Positions 35,986-45,804 are shown, counted from the first letter of the stretch. The stretch is 64,000 nt of DNA from an uncultured Oscillospiraceae bacterium (GCA_964369805.1 CAYJFM010000002.1:3376-67375); one strand, 5' to 3'. Program-made: numbers and translations. The notes: generated by a model not told the origin, from the sequence alone.

Positions 35986-37941
35986 TTAGTTATTGATATG
36001 CTTCCCTTTAGTAAGCATCATAAAATCAATTTGCCCTTTTTCAACATCAACATGGTCTACTAATACACGTACCTTATCACCAAGAGTGAAGGTTTCCCCT
36101 GTATTAATTCCTACCATAGCTTTTTGCTCTTCTTCATATTGATAATAGTCTTCGCCTATGAAGGATTCTCTAACTAGTCCTTCTATTGTATTCTCTAGCT
36201 CAACATATATTCCAAATGAAGTTATTCCACTGATTATGCCATCGTATTTTTTTCCAATTCGATACGACATATATTCTGCTTTCTTCAGTTTTTCAACTTC
36301 CCTTTCTAATTCAATTGCCAGTCTTTCTGTTTGTGATGCTTTCTTTGCTGCTACATCAGCCTTTCTTGCAAATTCTGAAGTGTCCTTTCCTTTTAGGTGT
36401 GCTTTGATTATTCTATGAATCATTAAGTCTGGATACCTTCTAATTGGCGATGTAAAATGGCAGTAGTACCTATAAGCTAATCCAAAATGTCCTTCTCCAA
36501 CAGTATCATATACAGCCTTTTGCATAGATCTTAATACTACAGTGCTAACAATATGCTCATAATTTGTTCCTGCTACATCATCTAAGATTTTACATATCAT
36601 TTTGGGATGTATATTATCAGGGCTTCCTGAAAGAGATAAATCTAGACCTTTTAGGAATAGCTTTAGTTCTTTCATTTTATCACTGTCTGGTTTTGGGTGA
36701 CTTCTATATACAAATGGAATTTGCAAATGGAAGAAATGCTCTGCAACCACCCTATTAGCCAGCAGCATAAATTGTTCAATTAACTTGTTCGCACTGCGCC
36801 TATCTGCAACTGATACTTCCACAGGGACGCCTTCATCGTTAAGCGTAATATGTGCTTCATCTAGATCAAAATCTATTCCCCCTTCTTTTTTACGCTCAGC
36901 TGCAAGCGCTAGGGCAAGCTTATTCATCTCAATAAGGTTCTCTTCTAACTCTTTTGGCCATTCTGCCTGAGAAATTTCCTTTTCAATTAAGTCTGATACC
37001 TTATCATAGGTTAACCTAAATTTTGAGTTTATTATCCCTTCATATATTCTATGGTTAACTACTTTTAAATCCTTATCAATTTCCATATCTATCGAAAGGG
37101 TTAGCCTATCTTCATTTGGATTTAAACTGCAAATGCCATTAGATAAGTTTTGTGGTAGCATTGGTAATACGCGGTCTAGAAGATAAACCGAATTACCTCT
37201 CTTAAGAGCTTCCCTGTCTAGGGCAGAGCCTTCTTTTACATAATGAGCTACGTCAGCAATGTGTACCCCCAATATCAAATTCCCATTTTCTTTTTTTTCT
37301 AATGAAACTGCATCGTCAAAGTCTTTAGAGTCGTCTCCATCGATTGTAAATAATAGTTTTTCTCTAAGATCAACTCTTTTCTTAGGCAAAATCTTTTCTT
37401 TGGACACAAAGTTAGCCTCTGCTAGTACTGAGCTTGGAAAAGTTTCCATTAACCCTTTTTCTCTAATAAGGAATTTAATATCGCTATCTGCTTGATCATT
37501 TTTTGCAATGATTTCAGAAACCCTACCCTCAGCCTTATTCTTACCATCAGGGTATTTTGTTATTTTTGCAACTACTAAGTCCCCTGTTTTGGCACCTGAT
37601 GTATTCGTGCGTGAAATGAAAACGTCGGATTTTTTTTCATTCTTTGGTACAACAAAAGCAAAGCCCTTGTTTTTTTCAAAAACACCAATGACTTCTTCTG
37701 TCTCCCTTTTCAAAACCTCAACTACAATACCTTCTTCTCTACTTCCATTCTTATGTGAAAATTCTGTAGATAAGCGAACTCTGACCTGATCATCATGCAT
37801 TGCGCCATTAATATTGTTTCTGTGAATGTATATGTCTTTAGGGCGATCTTCCACTTCTACAAAGGCAAAGCCTCTGCTAGTCATTTTAATAATGCCTATA
37901 AGTGTTTTATTTTTTTTGTTTTTTGTTTTTTTATTCTTCAT
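35986..37941 (-). CDS. rnr: Ribonuclease R (compact form)
   Basis: 651 aa. Cold-shock-like RGFAFV repeats, RNB catalytic domain (IDGDDSKDFDDAVS), C-terminal S1 domain. The N-terminus is a Lys-rich tail, MKNKKTKNKKNK. Confidence 0.9.
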   Translation of the reverse strand: MKNKKTKNKKNKTLIGIIKMTSRGFAFVEVEDRPKDIYIHRNNINGAMHDDQVRVRLSTEFSHKNGSREEGIVVEVLKRETEEVIGVFEKNKGFAFVVPKNEKKSDVFISRTNTSGAKTGDLVVAKITKYPDGKNKAEGRVSEIIAKNDQADSDIKFLIREKGLMETFPSSVLAEANFVSKEKILPKKRVDLREKLLFTIDGDDSKDFDDAVSLEKKENGNLILGVHIADVAHYVKEGSALDREALKRGNSVYLLDRVLPMLPQNLSNGICSLNPNEDRLTLSIDMEIDKDLKVVNHRIYEGIINSKFRLTYDKVSDLIEKEISQAEWPKELEENLIEMNKLALALAAERKKEGGIDFDLDEAHITLNDEGVPVEVSVADRRSANKLIEQFMLLANRVVAEHFFHLQIPFVYRSHPKPDSDKMKELKLFLKGLDLSLSGSPDNIHPKMICKILDDVAGTNYEHIVSTVVLRSMQKAVYDTVGEGHFGLAYRYYCHFTSPIRRYPDLMIHRIIKAHLKGKDTSEFARKADVAAKKASQTERLAIELEREVEKLKKAEYMSYRIGKKYDGIISGITSFGIYVELENTIEGLVRESFIGEDYYQYEEEQKAMVGINTGETFTLGDKVRVLVDHVDVEKGQIDFMMLTKGKHINN

Positions 37942-38046
37942 TCCATTATTCTAACATAAACGCGATAATAAGTATGTATGTTACAGCATTTAATTAAATT
38001 TTTCCTGCATCTATTCTGTGTAAAATTCCCACATTACTCGGCACAC

Positions 38047-38079
38047 CAAAAAGAGAGTTGGACCTTAGTCCAACTCTCC
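38047..38079 (-). terminator. Intrinsic terminator after the thiolase gene
   Basis: Perfect 11-bp stem GAGAGTTGGAC-CTTA-GTCCAACTCTC, followed on the minus strand by TTTTT. Confidence 0.85.
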
Positions 38080-38124
38080 AAAATTCTGTTTTATATATGG
38101 CTAATTTAGCTTATATAACAATTC

Positions 38125-39303
38125 TTATCTTTCTACGATAAGTGCTGTTCCCATTCCACCACCGATGCAAAGTGTAGCAAGACCTGTTTTTGAGTCTCTC
38201 TTTTCCATTTCGTGGATTAGTGTAATAAGAATTCTTGTTCCTGATGCTCCAATTGGGTGTCCAATTGCAATAGCTCCACCATTTACATTTAGAATATCTT
38301 TGTTAATTCCTAAGTCTTCACCTACAGCTAGTGCTTGAGCTGCGAAAGCTTCGTTAGCTTCGATTAGGTCTAGGTCTTTCATTTCAATTCCTGCTGTTGC
38401 TAAAGCTTTTTGTGTTGCTGGAACTGGTCCGATTCCCATGATTGATGGGTCAACACCTGCAGAAGCGTATGATTTAATTGTGCAAAGTGGTTTTAGTCCT
38501 AGTTCGTCAGCTTTTTCTTTTGACATAACTACGATAGCTGCACCTGCATCATTGATTCCAGAAGCGTTAGCTGCTGTAACTGAACCGTCTTTTTTGAAAG
38601 CTGGTCTTAGTTTAGCAAGTCCTTCAGCAACAACTCCATCTTTAGGATATTCATCTGTATCAAATACGATTGGATCTCCTTTTCTTTGAGGAATTTCTAC
38701 TGGAACGATTTCGTCTTTAAATTTTCCTTCTTTGATTGCTGCAATTGCTTTTTGTTGCGAGCTAGCTGCAAATTCATCTTGAGCTTCTCTTGTGATTCCA
38801 TATTTTTCCACTAAGTTTTCAGCAGTGATTCCCATGTGATATCCAGCAAAAGCATCTGTTAGGCCGTCTCCAACCATCATGTCTACCATTTTTGCATCGC
38901 CCATTCTTGCTCCCCATCTAGCTTGTGGAACTACGTATCCAGCTTGAGACATATTTTCTGCACCACCTGCAACGATAATATCAGCATCTCCTGCTTTTAT
39001 AATTGAAGCCGCTAGGCCAACCGCTCTTAGACCTGAACCACATACTTTGTTGATTGTCATTGCTGGAACCTCTTGTGGAAGACCTGCATCAATTGCAATT
39101 TGTCTTGCAACGTTTTGCCCTTGTCCACCTTGAAGTACGCAACCCATGATTACTTCATCAACTTGCTCGCCAGCTACTCCAGCCCTTACTAAAGCTTCTT
39201 TTACTGCGATTGCACCTAAAGTTCTAGCTGCTGTTCCTTTTAGAGTTCCTCCAAAAGATCCTATCGGTGTTCTAACTGCACTTACGATTACTACATCTCT
39301 CAT
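38125..39303 (-). CDS. thlA: Acetyl-CoA acetyltransferase (biosynthetic/degradative thiolase II)
   Basis: 392 aa. Active-site Cys context [11 protein letters not shown]; C-terminal [17 protein letters not shown] and CIGGGMG. Confidence 0.95.
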   Translation of the reverse strand: MRDVVIVSAVRTPIGSFGGTLKGTAARTLGAIAVKEALVRAGVAGEQVDEVIMGCVLQGGQGQNVARQIAIDAGLPQEVPAMTINKVCGSGLRAVGLAASIIKAGDADIIVAGGAENMSQAGYVVPQARWGARMGDAKMVDMMVGDGLTDAFAGYHMGITAENLVEKYGITREAQDEFAASSQQKAIAAIKEGKFKDEIVPVEIPQRKGDPIVFDTDEYPKDGVVAEGLAKLRPAFKKDGSVTAANASGINDAGAAIVVMSKEKADELGLKPLCTIKSYASAGVDPSIMGIGPVPATQKALATAGIEMKDLDLIEANEAFAAQALAVGEDLGINKDILNVNGGAIAIGHPIGASGTRILITLIHEMEKRDSKTGLATLCIGGGMGTALIVER

Positions 39304-39421
39304 TATTTGCCTCCTATTAAAATTTGTATCAATATACGATTAACTAAATATATTCTATCATAATTCTTTTGTTTTTTTTATTTTTTTTGTACAACACAAA
39401 ATAGTTCTACTATTCGTGCAA

Positions 39422-39439
39422 TTGTTTATTTTCTAACAT
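39422..39439. promoter_or_regulatory. Possible Rex-type operator upstream of thiolase
   Basis: TTGTTTATTTTCTAACAT compared with the clostridial Rex consensus TTGTTAANNNNTTAACAA as I recall it (3 mismatches in the defined positions), ~120 nt upstream of the thlA ATG. Confidence 0.3.
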
Positions 39440-39452
39440 TCTTCTATGTATA

Positions 39453-39499
39453 CAAAAAGTGAATTCTCTGTTTTTAATTCGAAACACGAAAATTCACTT
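39453..39499 (-). terminator. Intrinsic terminator after the DUF2156 gene
   Basis: AGTGAATT...AATTCACT outer stem plus an inner TGTTT/AAACA helix, followed on the minus strand by TTTTTG. Confidence 0.6.
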
Positions 39500-39570
39500 A
39501 TTTGTTTTAAAATATTATTTATTTGTTTTATTGCATATTTATACTTTTTTAAATTTTATTTTTTGGTATT

Positions 39571-40518
39571 TTATGCTTTGTCAAAATTTAATTTTATTAT
39601 ATACTTTTCTACTAATTCAATAGGTTTATATGAGAATTTCGCTCTTCTGAGATTAAGTAGCCCCATGTCTTCTTCTCTATTCATAAATTTAATCTCAGCT
39701 GGCATAGCTTTGCAGAACTCATTATTAATTGCTTGATACAAGCCTCTAATATGTTTATTTGCCTTTTCAATATGTACAGTACATATATTCTTTCCTAGCT
39801 TTCCACCAACGCTTACCGCCTCAATTTGTCCATCAATCAGTATTGCTCCTCCGTAGTAGCCAACTTTCTCAATATTATCAAAAACATCCCTCATAGCTTC
39901 TTCTTCATTTTTGAGAAGCGCCATCTCATTTTCTGGAAGATCTTTTTCTGCATTAAACCTATCTATAAATTCCATTACATCATCTGCCATATCTGCAGTT
40001 AGTTTAACATATTCATATTCAGTATTGTTTTTCAGGTAATTAAGATGGTTTTTTTTGCTATGGTATGCCTTCCCTTTAAGCTCAATTAAGTCTGCCTTGT
40101 TGTATAAGTAGTCGTAATTCGGCCTATCTTCAATCCACTCAAATTCTTTTGGGAAGGCTTTTTGAATTTCTTCCAGTAAATTAAATGGTACTAATCTTAA
40201 GGAAAACTCATAGCCCTTTGTCTCAAAAATTTCTTTTGCCTTTATTATAGTTTCTCTAAGGCTTTCTTTTTCATACTTACCATTTTTTGAAATTGGCGGA
40301 AATAGAAAAGGCTCTAATACTCCTCGTTCCATTTCTAAGTGACTTATACCTGCAATGCAAAGATAGTCCCCTATCTCTTCCCAGCAAAACTGGTTTATAT
40401 CACGCCACATATATAAAGCTGAAAAAGACAGTCCCGAAGTCTTGTACTGATATCCCTTGAGATATTCCTCTAACTTAGCTTTATTCTCTATGGTGATTTC
40501 ATTTTTTAACATGAACAT
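39571..40518 (-). CDS. DUF2156-family protein (stand-alone homologue of the MprF/LysX C-terminal aminoacyl-lipid synthase domain, GNAT-like)
   Basis: 315 aa. The N-terminal ...SGLSFSALYMWRD... region and overall length match the DUF2156 family as I recall it. Confidence 0.6.
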   Translation of the reverse strand: MFMLKNEITIENKAKLEEYLKGYQYKTSGLSFSALYMWRDINQFCWEEIGDYLCIAGISHLEMERGVLEPFLFPPISKNGKYEKESLRETIIKAKEIFETKGYEFSLRLVPFNLLEEIQKAFPKEFEWIEDRPNYDYLYNKADLIELKGKAYHSKKNHLNYLKNNTEYEYVKLTADMADDVMEFIDRFNAEKDLPENEMALLKNEEEAMRDVFDNIEKVGYYGGAILIDGQIEAVSVGGKLGKNICTVHIEKANKHIRGLYQAINNEFCKAMPAEIKFMNREEDMGLLNLRRAKFSYKPIELVEKYIIKLNFDKA

Positions 40519-40550
40519 ATTTTGTTTGCCTTTCTTCTATATAAAATAAA

Positions 40551-41111
40551 CTATTTTATTATTTTCGATACTTCTTTGAAAGCTTCTGCCTTTGCATGTA
40601 ACATAACTTCAAACAGTACTGATTCTACTGTAGTAGCAATTACGCCTGCATCTCTCATTCTTCTAACAGCAACTGCTTTATCGTTTAAGTTTCTAGAACT
40701 TACACAGTCCTCTGCGACATAAACTTTATACCCAAGTTCCACTAAATCTAACGCCGTTTGTGTAACGCAAATATGAGATTCAATTCCGCAAATTACAATT
40801 TCTTTTATTCCTTTACCTTCAGCTTCAAGAAATTCTACGAACCCTTCTTCTCTAGCCGCGCTAAAAGCTGTCTTTTCAAAGTACTTTGCCTTACCATCAA
40901 ATGCGGCATTAATTGGTTCGATTGTAGCCCCCAAGCCCTTCTTATATTGTTCTGTTACTAAGATTGGTAAGTCAAGTACTGCTGCGCCCTTTGCCAACCT
41001 AACAGTTTTATCAACAAGTGCATCTACCTCTGCAATTGCAGGGATTAGTCTCTCTTGGAAATCCACAAATAGTATTACTCTTTCCGCTTTTTCAATATTC
41101 ATATTTTTCAT
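40551..41111 (-). CDS. Isochorismatase-family cysteine hydrolase
   Basis: The track gives 40551..41144. The start at MKNMNIEK follows an AGGAGG RBS and removes the overlap with surE. ILFVDFQ Asp motif; catalytic Cys in ICGIESHICV. Confidence 0.85.
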   Translation of the reverse strand: MKNMNIEKAERVILFVDFQERLIPAIAEVDALVDKTVRLAKGAAVLDLPILVTEQYKKGLGATIEPINAAFDGKAKYFEKTAFSAAREEGFVEFLEAEGKGIKEIVICGIESHICVTQTALDLVELGYKVYVAEDCVSSRNLNDKAVAVRRMRDAGVIATTVESVLFEVMLHAKAEAFKEVSKIIK

Positions 41112-41121
41112 TTTTTCCTCC

Positions 41122-41880
41122 TTAAATCCACTCTTTAATTTCATTTATTTTTTCATGGTCTGTTAAATCAAATTTCAATGGTGTAATACTTGCATAGCCT
41201 TCTTGGTCTGCAATTACATCAATATTTGTATTAGTGCTATCATATTTTCTTGGTTCACCTTTGTATTTATATTCTGTTACATCAGAAGGTGGCGCTAGTG
41301 GTGTGAACCACTCTCTATACTCTCTTATGCCTAGCCTTGTGAACTTTATCCCTTTAACCTCTTCTTTTGGCAAGTGAGGTACATTTATATTTAGCACCGT
41401 CCCAGCCTTAAGATTTTTACTAATATTATCAAAAGTACTTTCAATCAGTTCCTCTATATATTCAAAGTGCACTGGCTCATGACTGTTCACTGATAAAGCC
41501 ACCGCAGGAATTTTGCATAGAGCTCCCTCAACAGCTGCAGAAACTGTCCCTGAATAAAGAGTGTCTGTGCCTAGGTTTCCTCCGTGATTAATTCCAGAAT
41601 ATACGAAATTAAATTTTATTCCTAACGATTCATAGTATTTTTGACCAAGCTTAACGCAGTCTGCTGGAAGTCCTGTGCATTCAACTGCCATTTTAGCTCC
41701 TTCAAAATTCACCTTTGTCATTGTTATAGGTTTTCCCACTGTAATTCCATGACCTGTAGCACTTCTTTGATCGTGTGGCGCCGATATATATACTTCTGCT
41801 TTTTTACTAAGGGCCTTTACTAAAATCTTTATGCCTTCTGCATTTATTCCATCATCATTTGTTACTAATATTTTATACAT
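41122..41880 (-). CDS. surE: 5'/3'-nucleotidase SurE
   Basis: 252 aa. ILVTNDDGINAEGI N-terminal signature. Confidence 0.93.
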   Translation of the reverse strand: MYKILVTNDDGINAEGIKILVKALSKKAEVYISAPHDQRSATGHGITVGKPITMTKVNFEGAKMAVECTGLPADCVKLGQKYYESLGIKFNFVYSGINHGGNLGTDTLYSGTVSAAVEGALCKIPAVALSVNSHEPVHFEYIEELIESTFDNISKNLKAGTVLNINVPHLPKEEVKGIKFTRLGIREYREWFTPLAPPSDVTEYKYKGEPRKYDSTNTNIDVIADQEGYASITPLKFDLTDHEKINEIKEWI

Positions 41881-41957
41881 TTTTCCTCCATTTTATGTCT
41901 ACTCTATAAAGGATACGTAGAAAAGACCATTTTGTCAAATGAAATTCATAGTTTTTG

Positions 41958-41985
41958 TTGAAAATTCAAATAATTTTGATAAAAT
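41958..41985 (+). promoter_or_regulatory. Candidate promoter for the patatin triplet
   Basis: TTGAAA-N16-TAAAAT with TGA upstream of the -10 (extended -10), ~45 nt before the TTG start. Confidence 0.45.
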
Positions 41986-42029
41986 GATTATAGTTTAAAT
42001 CACATTTTTTTCAACAAGGAGGTCTGCTG

Positions 42030-43217
42030 TTGAAAACTGCATTAGTACTCGGAGGGGGAGGCTCAAAAGGGAGCTATCAAATAGGTGTCTGGAAAGCACT
42101 CAAAGAACTGGGTGTTTCTATTGATATGGTCTTTGGCTCTTCAATAGGCTCTCTTAACGGTATGCTAATCGCACAAGATGATTATAATAAAGCAATCAAG
42201 CTTTGGTCTACTCAAAACACAAAAGATATTTTTGGTATTAAAGCTAATGACAGCATCACCCCTACATTTCCTATTCGTGCAGTAGCAGGTATGCCTATAG
42301 ATGAAGTATTTGGCTATGCAAATGAAATAATAAAAGGTGGTGTAGCCAATGATTTATTATCTCAAATAATAGAGGATTTGTTAAATGAAGATGCCTTAAG
42401 ATCTTCTAAGGTTAGCTTTGGTTTAATTATGACTAACGCTAATAGTCTCACTCATAAATATGTTTATCTGAAAGACATTCCTAATGGCGAAATCGGCTCC
42501 TACATTCTTGCATCCTCTTCCGTTTTCCCCGTTCTTCATTCAGTGCTAATTGATGATGCCTACTATATTGATGGCGGGTTTTCAGATAATCTTCCTGTTA
42601 CAATGGCTTCTGATATGGGTGCTGAAAAAGTTATATGCGTGGATTTAAAAAATGTAGGAATAATTCCTCAAAAAAGGATTAATTTGGTTAGAGACCTTTC
42701 AAAAGAATTCGTATATATTGCTCCAAAATGGGACTTGGGTAATATGTTGCATTTTAACGAAAAATTAGCCATGAGAAATATCAAGCTTGGTTATTTGGAT
42801 GCTATGAAAGCCTTCGGAGTTTATGATGGAGAACTATTCACTTTTTCAAAAGGCGCTTTCTCTGCTGACAATATTTTGCTACCCTCTTCAGAACTTAAAG
42901 AAGAATACCTTAGAATTATTGAGCTACTAGGTGAGGTTTTTCAAGTATCTCCTTACAAATTATATGATAAGGATAGCTTCGATAGAGTCCTCAGGGCCAA
43001 TACAGAAGAATACCTCATGCATTTTGGTAAAGATAAAAGTTCTTTCTCTTATCTACTCGAAAGTATGTTAAAGTTATCCCGAAAAGATCGTATCTCACAA
43101 ATAGCTCTAGATTTAAAAAGTAATAGCGCAAAAAGCAAGTTTCTCAACCCGAAAATCTATAACTTAATTCGAGATGATGTTCTAGCAGCAACTTACATAT
43201 ATCAGAATTTGCTATAA
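42030..43217 (+). CDS. Patatin-like phospholipase, paralogue 1 (TTG start)
   Basis: 395 aa. Oxyanion GGGGSKG, nucleophile elbow GSSIGS, catalytic DGG (YIDGGFSDNLPV). AGGAGG RBS 7 nt before the TTG. Confidence 0.9.
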   Translation: MKTALVLGGGGSKGSYQIGVWKALKELGVSIDMVFGSSIGSLNGMLIAQDDYNKAIKLWSTQNTKDIFGIKANDSITPTFPIRAVAGMPIDEVFGYANEIIKGGVANDLLSQIIEDLLNEDALRSSKVSFGLIMTNANSLTHKYVYLKDIPNGEIGSYILASSSVFPVLHSVLIDDAYYIDGGFSDNLPVTMASDMGAEKVICVDLKNVGIIPQKRINLVRDLSKEFVYIAPKWDLGNMLHFNEKLAMRNIKLGYLDAMKAFGVYDGELFTFSKGAFSADNILLPSSELKEEYLRIIELLGEVFQVSPYKLYDKDSFDRVLRANTEEYLMHFGKDKSSFSYLLESMLKLSRKDRISQIALDLKSNSAKSKFLNPKIYNLIRDDVLAATYIYQNLL

Positions 43218-43277
43218 GTTTACGGTAATACAAAGATTCGTATAGTACATAGTCTCATTATCAAAAAGGAGTTTGAA

Positions 43278-44453
43278 ATGAAAACAGGTTTAGTGCTCGG
43301 CGGTGGTGGGGCAAAAGGAAGTTATCAGATTGGAGTTTGGAAAGGACTTCGAGAATTAGGTATAAAGATAGACTGCGTAGCTGGTTCATCTGTTGGTTCT
43401 CTAAACGGTGTTCTCGTTGCTCAAGATTCCTATGAAAAAGCCCTAAAAATTTGGAATACAAATACTAGTGCTGGTATATTCTCAATTGATACGCCTACAG
43501 AATATGCAGAATTTACCCCTGTAAAAGCTGTTGCCGGTCTACCAATTGAGGAAGTCTTTGGCTACGCAAATGAAGTTGCAAAAGGAGGCGCACAGCCAAC
43601 TGGTCTACAAGAAATTATGACTAATAATCTTGATGAAGATGTTTTAAGAAATTCAGGTATAGATTTTGGCCTTTGTATAACAAATACCAAAACAGGCTCT
43701 AGCAAATATGTTCACCTCAAAGATATTCCAAAAGGTGAGGTGAGCAAGTACATATTAGCTTCTTCGGCCTGCTTCCCTGTAGCTCACACCGTAGACATAG
43801 ATAATGTAACTTATGCTGACGGCGGCTTTACTGACAACCTACCAGTTACTATAGTTTCTGACATGGGTGCTGAGCGAATAATTTGTGTTGACTTAAAAGC
43901 TGTCGGCTACATTCCTCCCCACAGGGTTGAACTTGTCAAAGATATTTCCAAGGAATTTATATATATAGAACCAAAGTGGGACCTTGGTAATATGCTTTAC
44001 TTTAATAGTGAAATTGCCGAAAAAAATATTCAACTTGGCTACCTAGATTGCATGAAAGCTTTTGGGAAATATGCTGGAAGTTCATTCACCTTTGAGCGAG
44101 ATAGCTTTGTGAAAGATGGGACAGGAGACCTAAAAAATCTTATTATTAGAGCAGCCGATCATTTAGGTGTTGTTTTTGAGTTGGATCCTTATGTACTATA
44201 TGACAAGAAATCCTTCGATATAGCTCTGAGAGCAAAGGCTGAAGACTATTTAAATGTACAAAGACATGAGACACTTTCCTTAAACACAATACTAGAAAAC
44301 TCTGGTAAATTATCAATAAAAGATAGGATAGCAAGGATTGCTATAGACTTCAAAGCTAAGGAAGAGGAAAGCAAGTACTTATCTCCCACACTCTATAAAC
44401 TTATTGAGGATGACATCCTTGCAGCAACCTATCTATATTATTACTTAATATAA
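43278..44453 (+). CDS. Patatin-like phospholipase, paralogue 2
   Basis: 391 aa. GGGGAKG, GSSVGS, YADGGFTDNLPV. Confidence 0.9.
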   Translation: MKTGLVLGGGGAKGSYQIGVWKGLRELGIKIDCVAGSSVGSLNGVLVAQDSYEKALKIWNTNTSAGIFSIDTPTEYAEFTPVKAVAGLPIEEVFGYANEVAKGGAQPTGLQEIMTNNLDEDVLRNSGIDFGLCITNTKTGSSKYVHLKDIPKGEVSKYILASSACFPVAHTVDIDNVTYADGGFTDNLPVTIVSDMGAERIICVDLKAVGYIPPHRVELVKDISKEFIYIEPKWDLGNMLYFNSEIAEKNIQLGYLDCMKAFGKYAGSSFTFERDSFVKDGTGDLKNLIIRAADHLGVVFELDPYVLYDKKSFDIALRAKAEDYLNVQRHETLSLNTILENSGKLSIKDRIARIAIDFKAKEEESKYLSPTLYKLIEDDILAATYLYYYLI

Positions 44454-44564
44454 ATTCTGCATTACAAATTCCAAAATGATGTACCTACTTAACGGTTCTC
44501 GTTAAACATGTAGTGCACGAATATAATAGTTAAATTAACGTATACAACAAAAGGAGACCAAAAA

Positions 44565-45746
44565 ATGAAAACAGCACTAGTTCTTGGTGGCGGCGGCGGA
44601 AAAGGCGCTTATCAAATCGGAGTGTGGAAAGCTTTGCGCGATATGAAAATTGAGATTAATATGGTTTACGGCTCCTCTGTAGGCGCTTTAAATGGTATTT
44701 TGGTTGCCCAAAACTCATACAATGAAGCAGTTGACATTTGGCTTTCAAATACTACCACTAAAATTTTTTCCATTAACCCATCTGAGGATGTCCCCCTAGT
44801 AATTCCTTTTAAAGATATTTCTGGTCTCCCTATGGAAGAGATTTTTGGATATGCTCAAGGTATCGTAAATGGAGGTGCTGACTCTAGTGGCCTCAGAGAA
44901 ATAATTGAAAAAGCTTTAGATGAAAATACATTGAGAAATTCAACAATAGATTTTGGTATCAACATCACTACAGCTTCTTCCATGAAAAAAAACTACACAT
45001 ATTTAAGTGACATACCTCATGGAAAAGTAATTGACTACATTCTTGCTTCTGCAGCTTGCTTTCCTGTTGCCCACTCTGTATCCATTGATGGTGTTTCCTA
45101 TGTAGATGGTGGCCTTTCTGACAACCTTCCTGTAACCATGGCTGTAGATATGGGTGCAGATCAAATTATTTGTGTTGACTTATATACAGTCGGTCTTATT
45201 CCAAAGCAGAGAATAGAACTTGCAAAAGATTTAGCAAAAGATTTTAAATATATTAAGCCTAAATGGGACATAGGCAATGTGCTTTTTTTTGATGAAAAAG
45301 TCTCTAGGCAAAGTATTGTACTTGGGTATATTGATTGTATGAAAAGCTTTGGAAAGCTTATTGGGGACAAATATGCCTTTAAACTTGATACTTTTAAATC
45401 TCATAACACTAACAAGGTTATAGTAGAAAGTCAAATGCTCTCGATTTTTGAGCACCTAGCTGCCGTTTTTGAGTTTTCGCCTTTTAAAGTCTATGATATG
45501 TTTACTTTCAATGAAACTCTTAGCAAAAAAATCAAACCCTGGCTAAATACTGATAAGTTTAGCAAGCAACACGTTCTCAGCCTAGTTGATAGCATTGGCC
45601 TACTCTCCAGCAAAGAAAGAGTTTGTAGGATTGCCGTCGATATTAGAGCACTGGGCAAAGGGAGTGTATATTTGACTAGCCCCCTTTATAAGTTTATTCA
45701 AGATGATATAGCCGCAGCTGAATATCTAGCTTATAACTTACTGTAA
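44565..45746 (+). CDS. Patatin-like phospholipase, paralogue 3
   Basis: 393 aa. GGGGGKG, GSSVGA, YVDGGLSDNLPV. Confidence 0.9.
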   Translation: MKTALVLGGGGGKGAYQIGVWKALRDMKIEINMVYGSSVGALNGILVAQNSYNEAVDIWLSNTTTKIFSINPSEDVPLVIPFKDISGLPMEEIFGYAQGIVNGGADSSGLREIIEKALDENTLRNSTIDFGINITTASSMKKNYTYLSDIPHGKVIDYILASAACFPVAHSVSIDGVSYVDGGLSDNLPVTMAVDMGADQIICVDLYTVGLIPKQRIELAKDLAKDFKYIKPKWDIGNVLFFDEKVSRQSIVLGYIDCMKSFGKLIGDKYAFKLDTFKSHNTNKVIVESQMLSIFEHLAAVFEFSPFKVYDMFTFNETLSKKIKPWLNTDKFSKQHVLSLVDSIGLLSSKERVCRIAVDIRALGKGSVYLTSPLYKFIQDDIAAAEYLAYNLL

Positions 45747-45804
45747 TCATGCAGGATGGTTTTAGGCTTGCATTCTAAGTTCTTAGTAAAATTATAACCA
45801 GAAT

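Noticed and set aside
42030-45746. Patatin genes as effectors of a CBASS-like anti-phage system
   Set aside because: No CD-NTase/cyclase, E1/E2/JAB or other sensor genes are adjacent. The flanks are surE and rluB housekeeping genes. The proteins lack the CapV-type context, so a defence role is unsupported.
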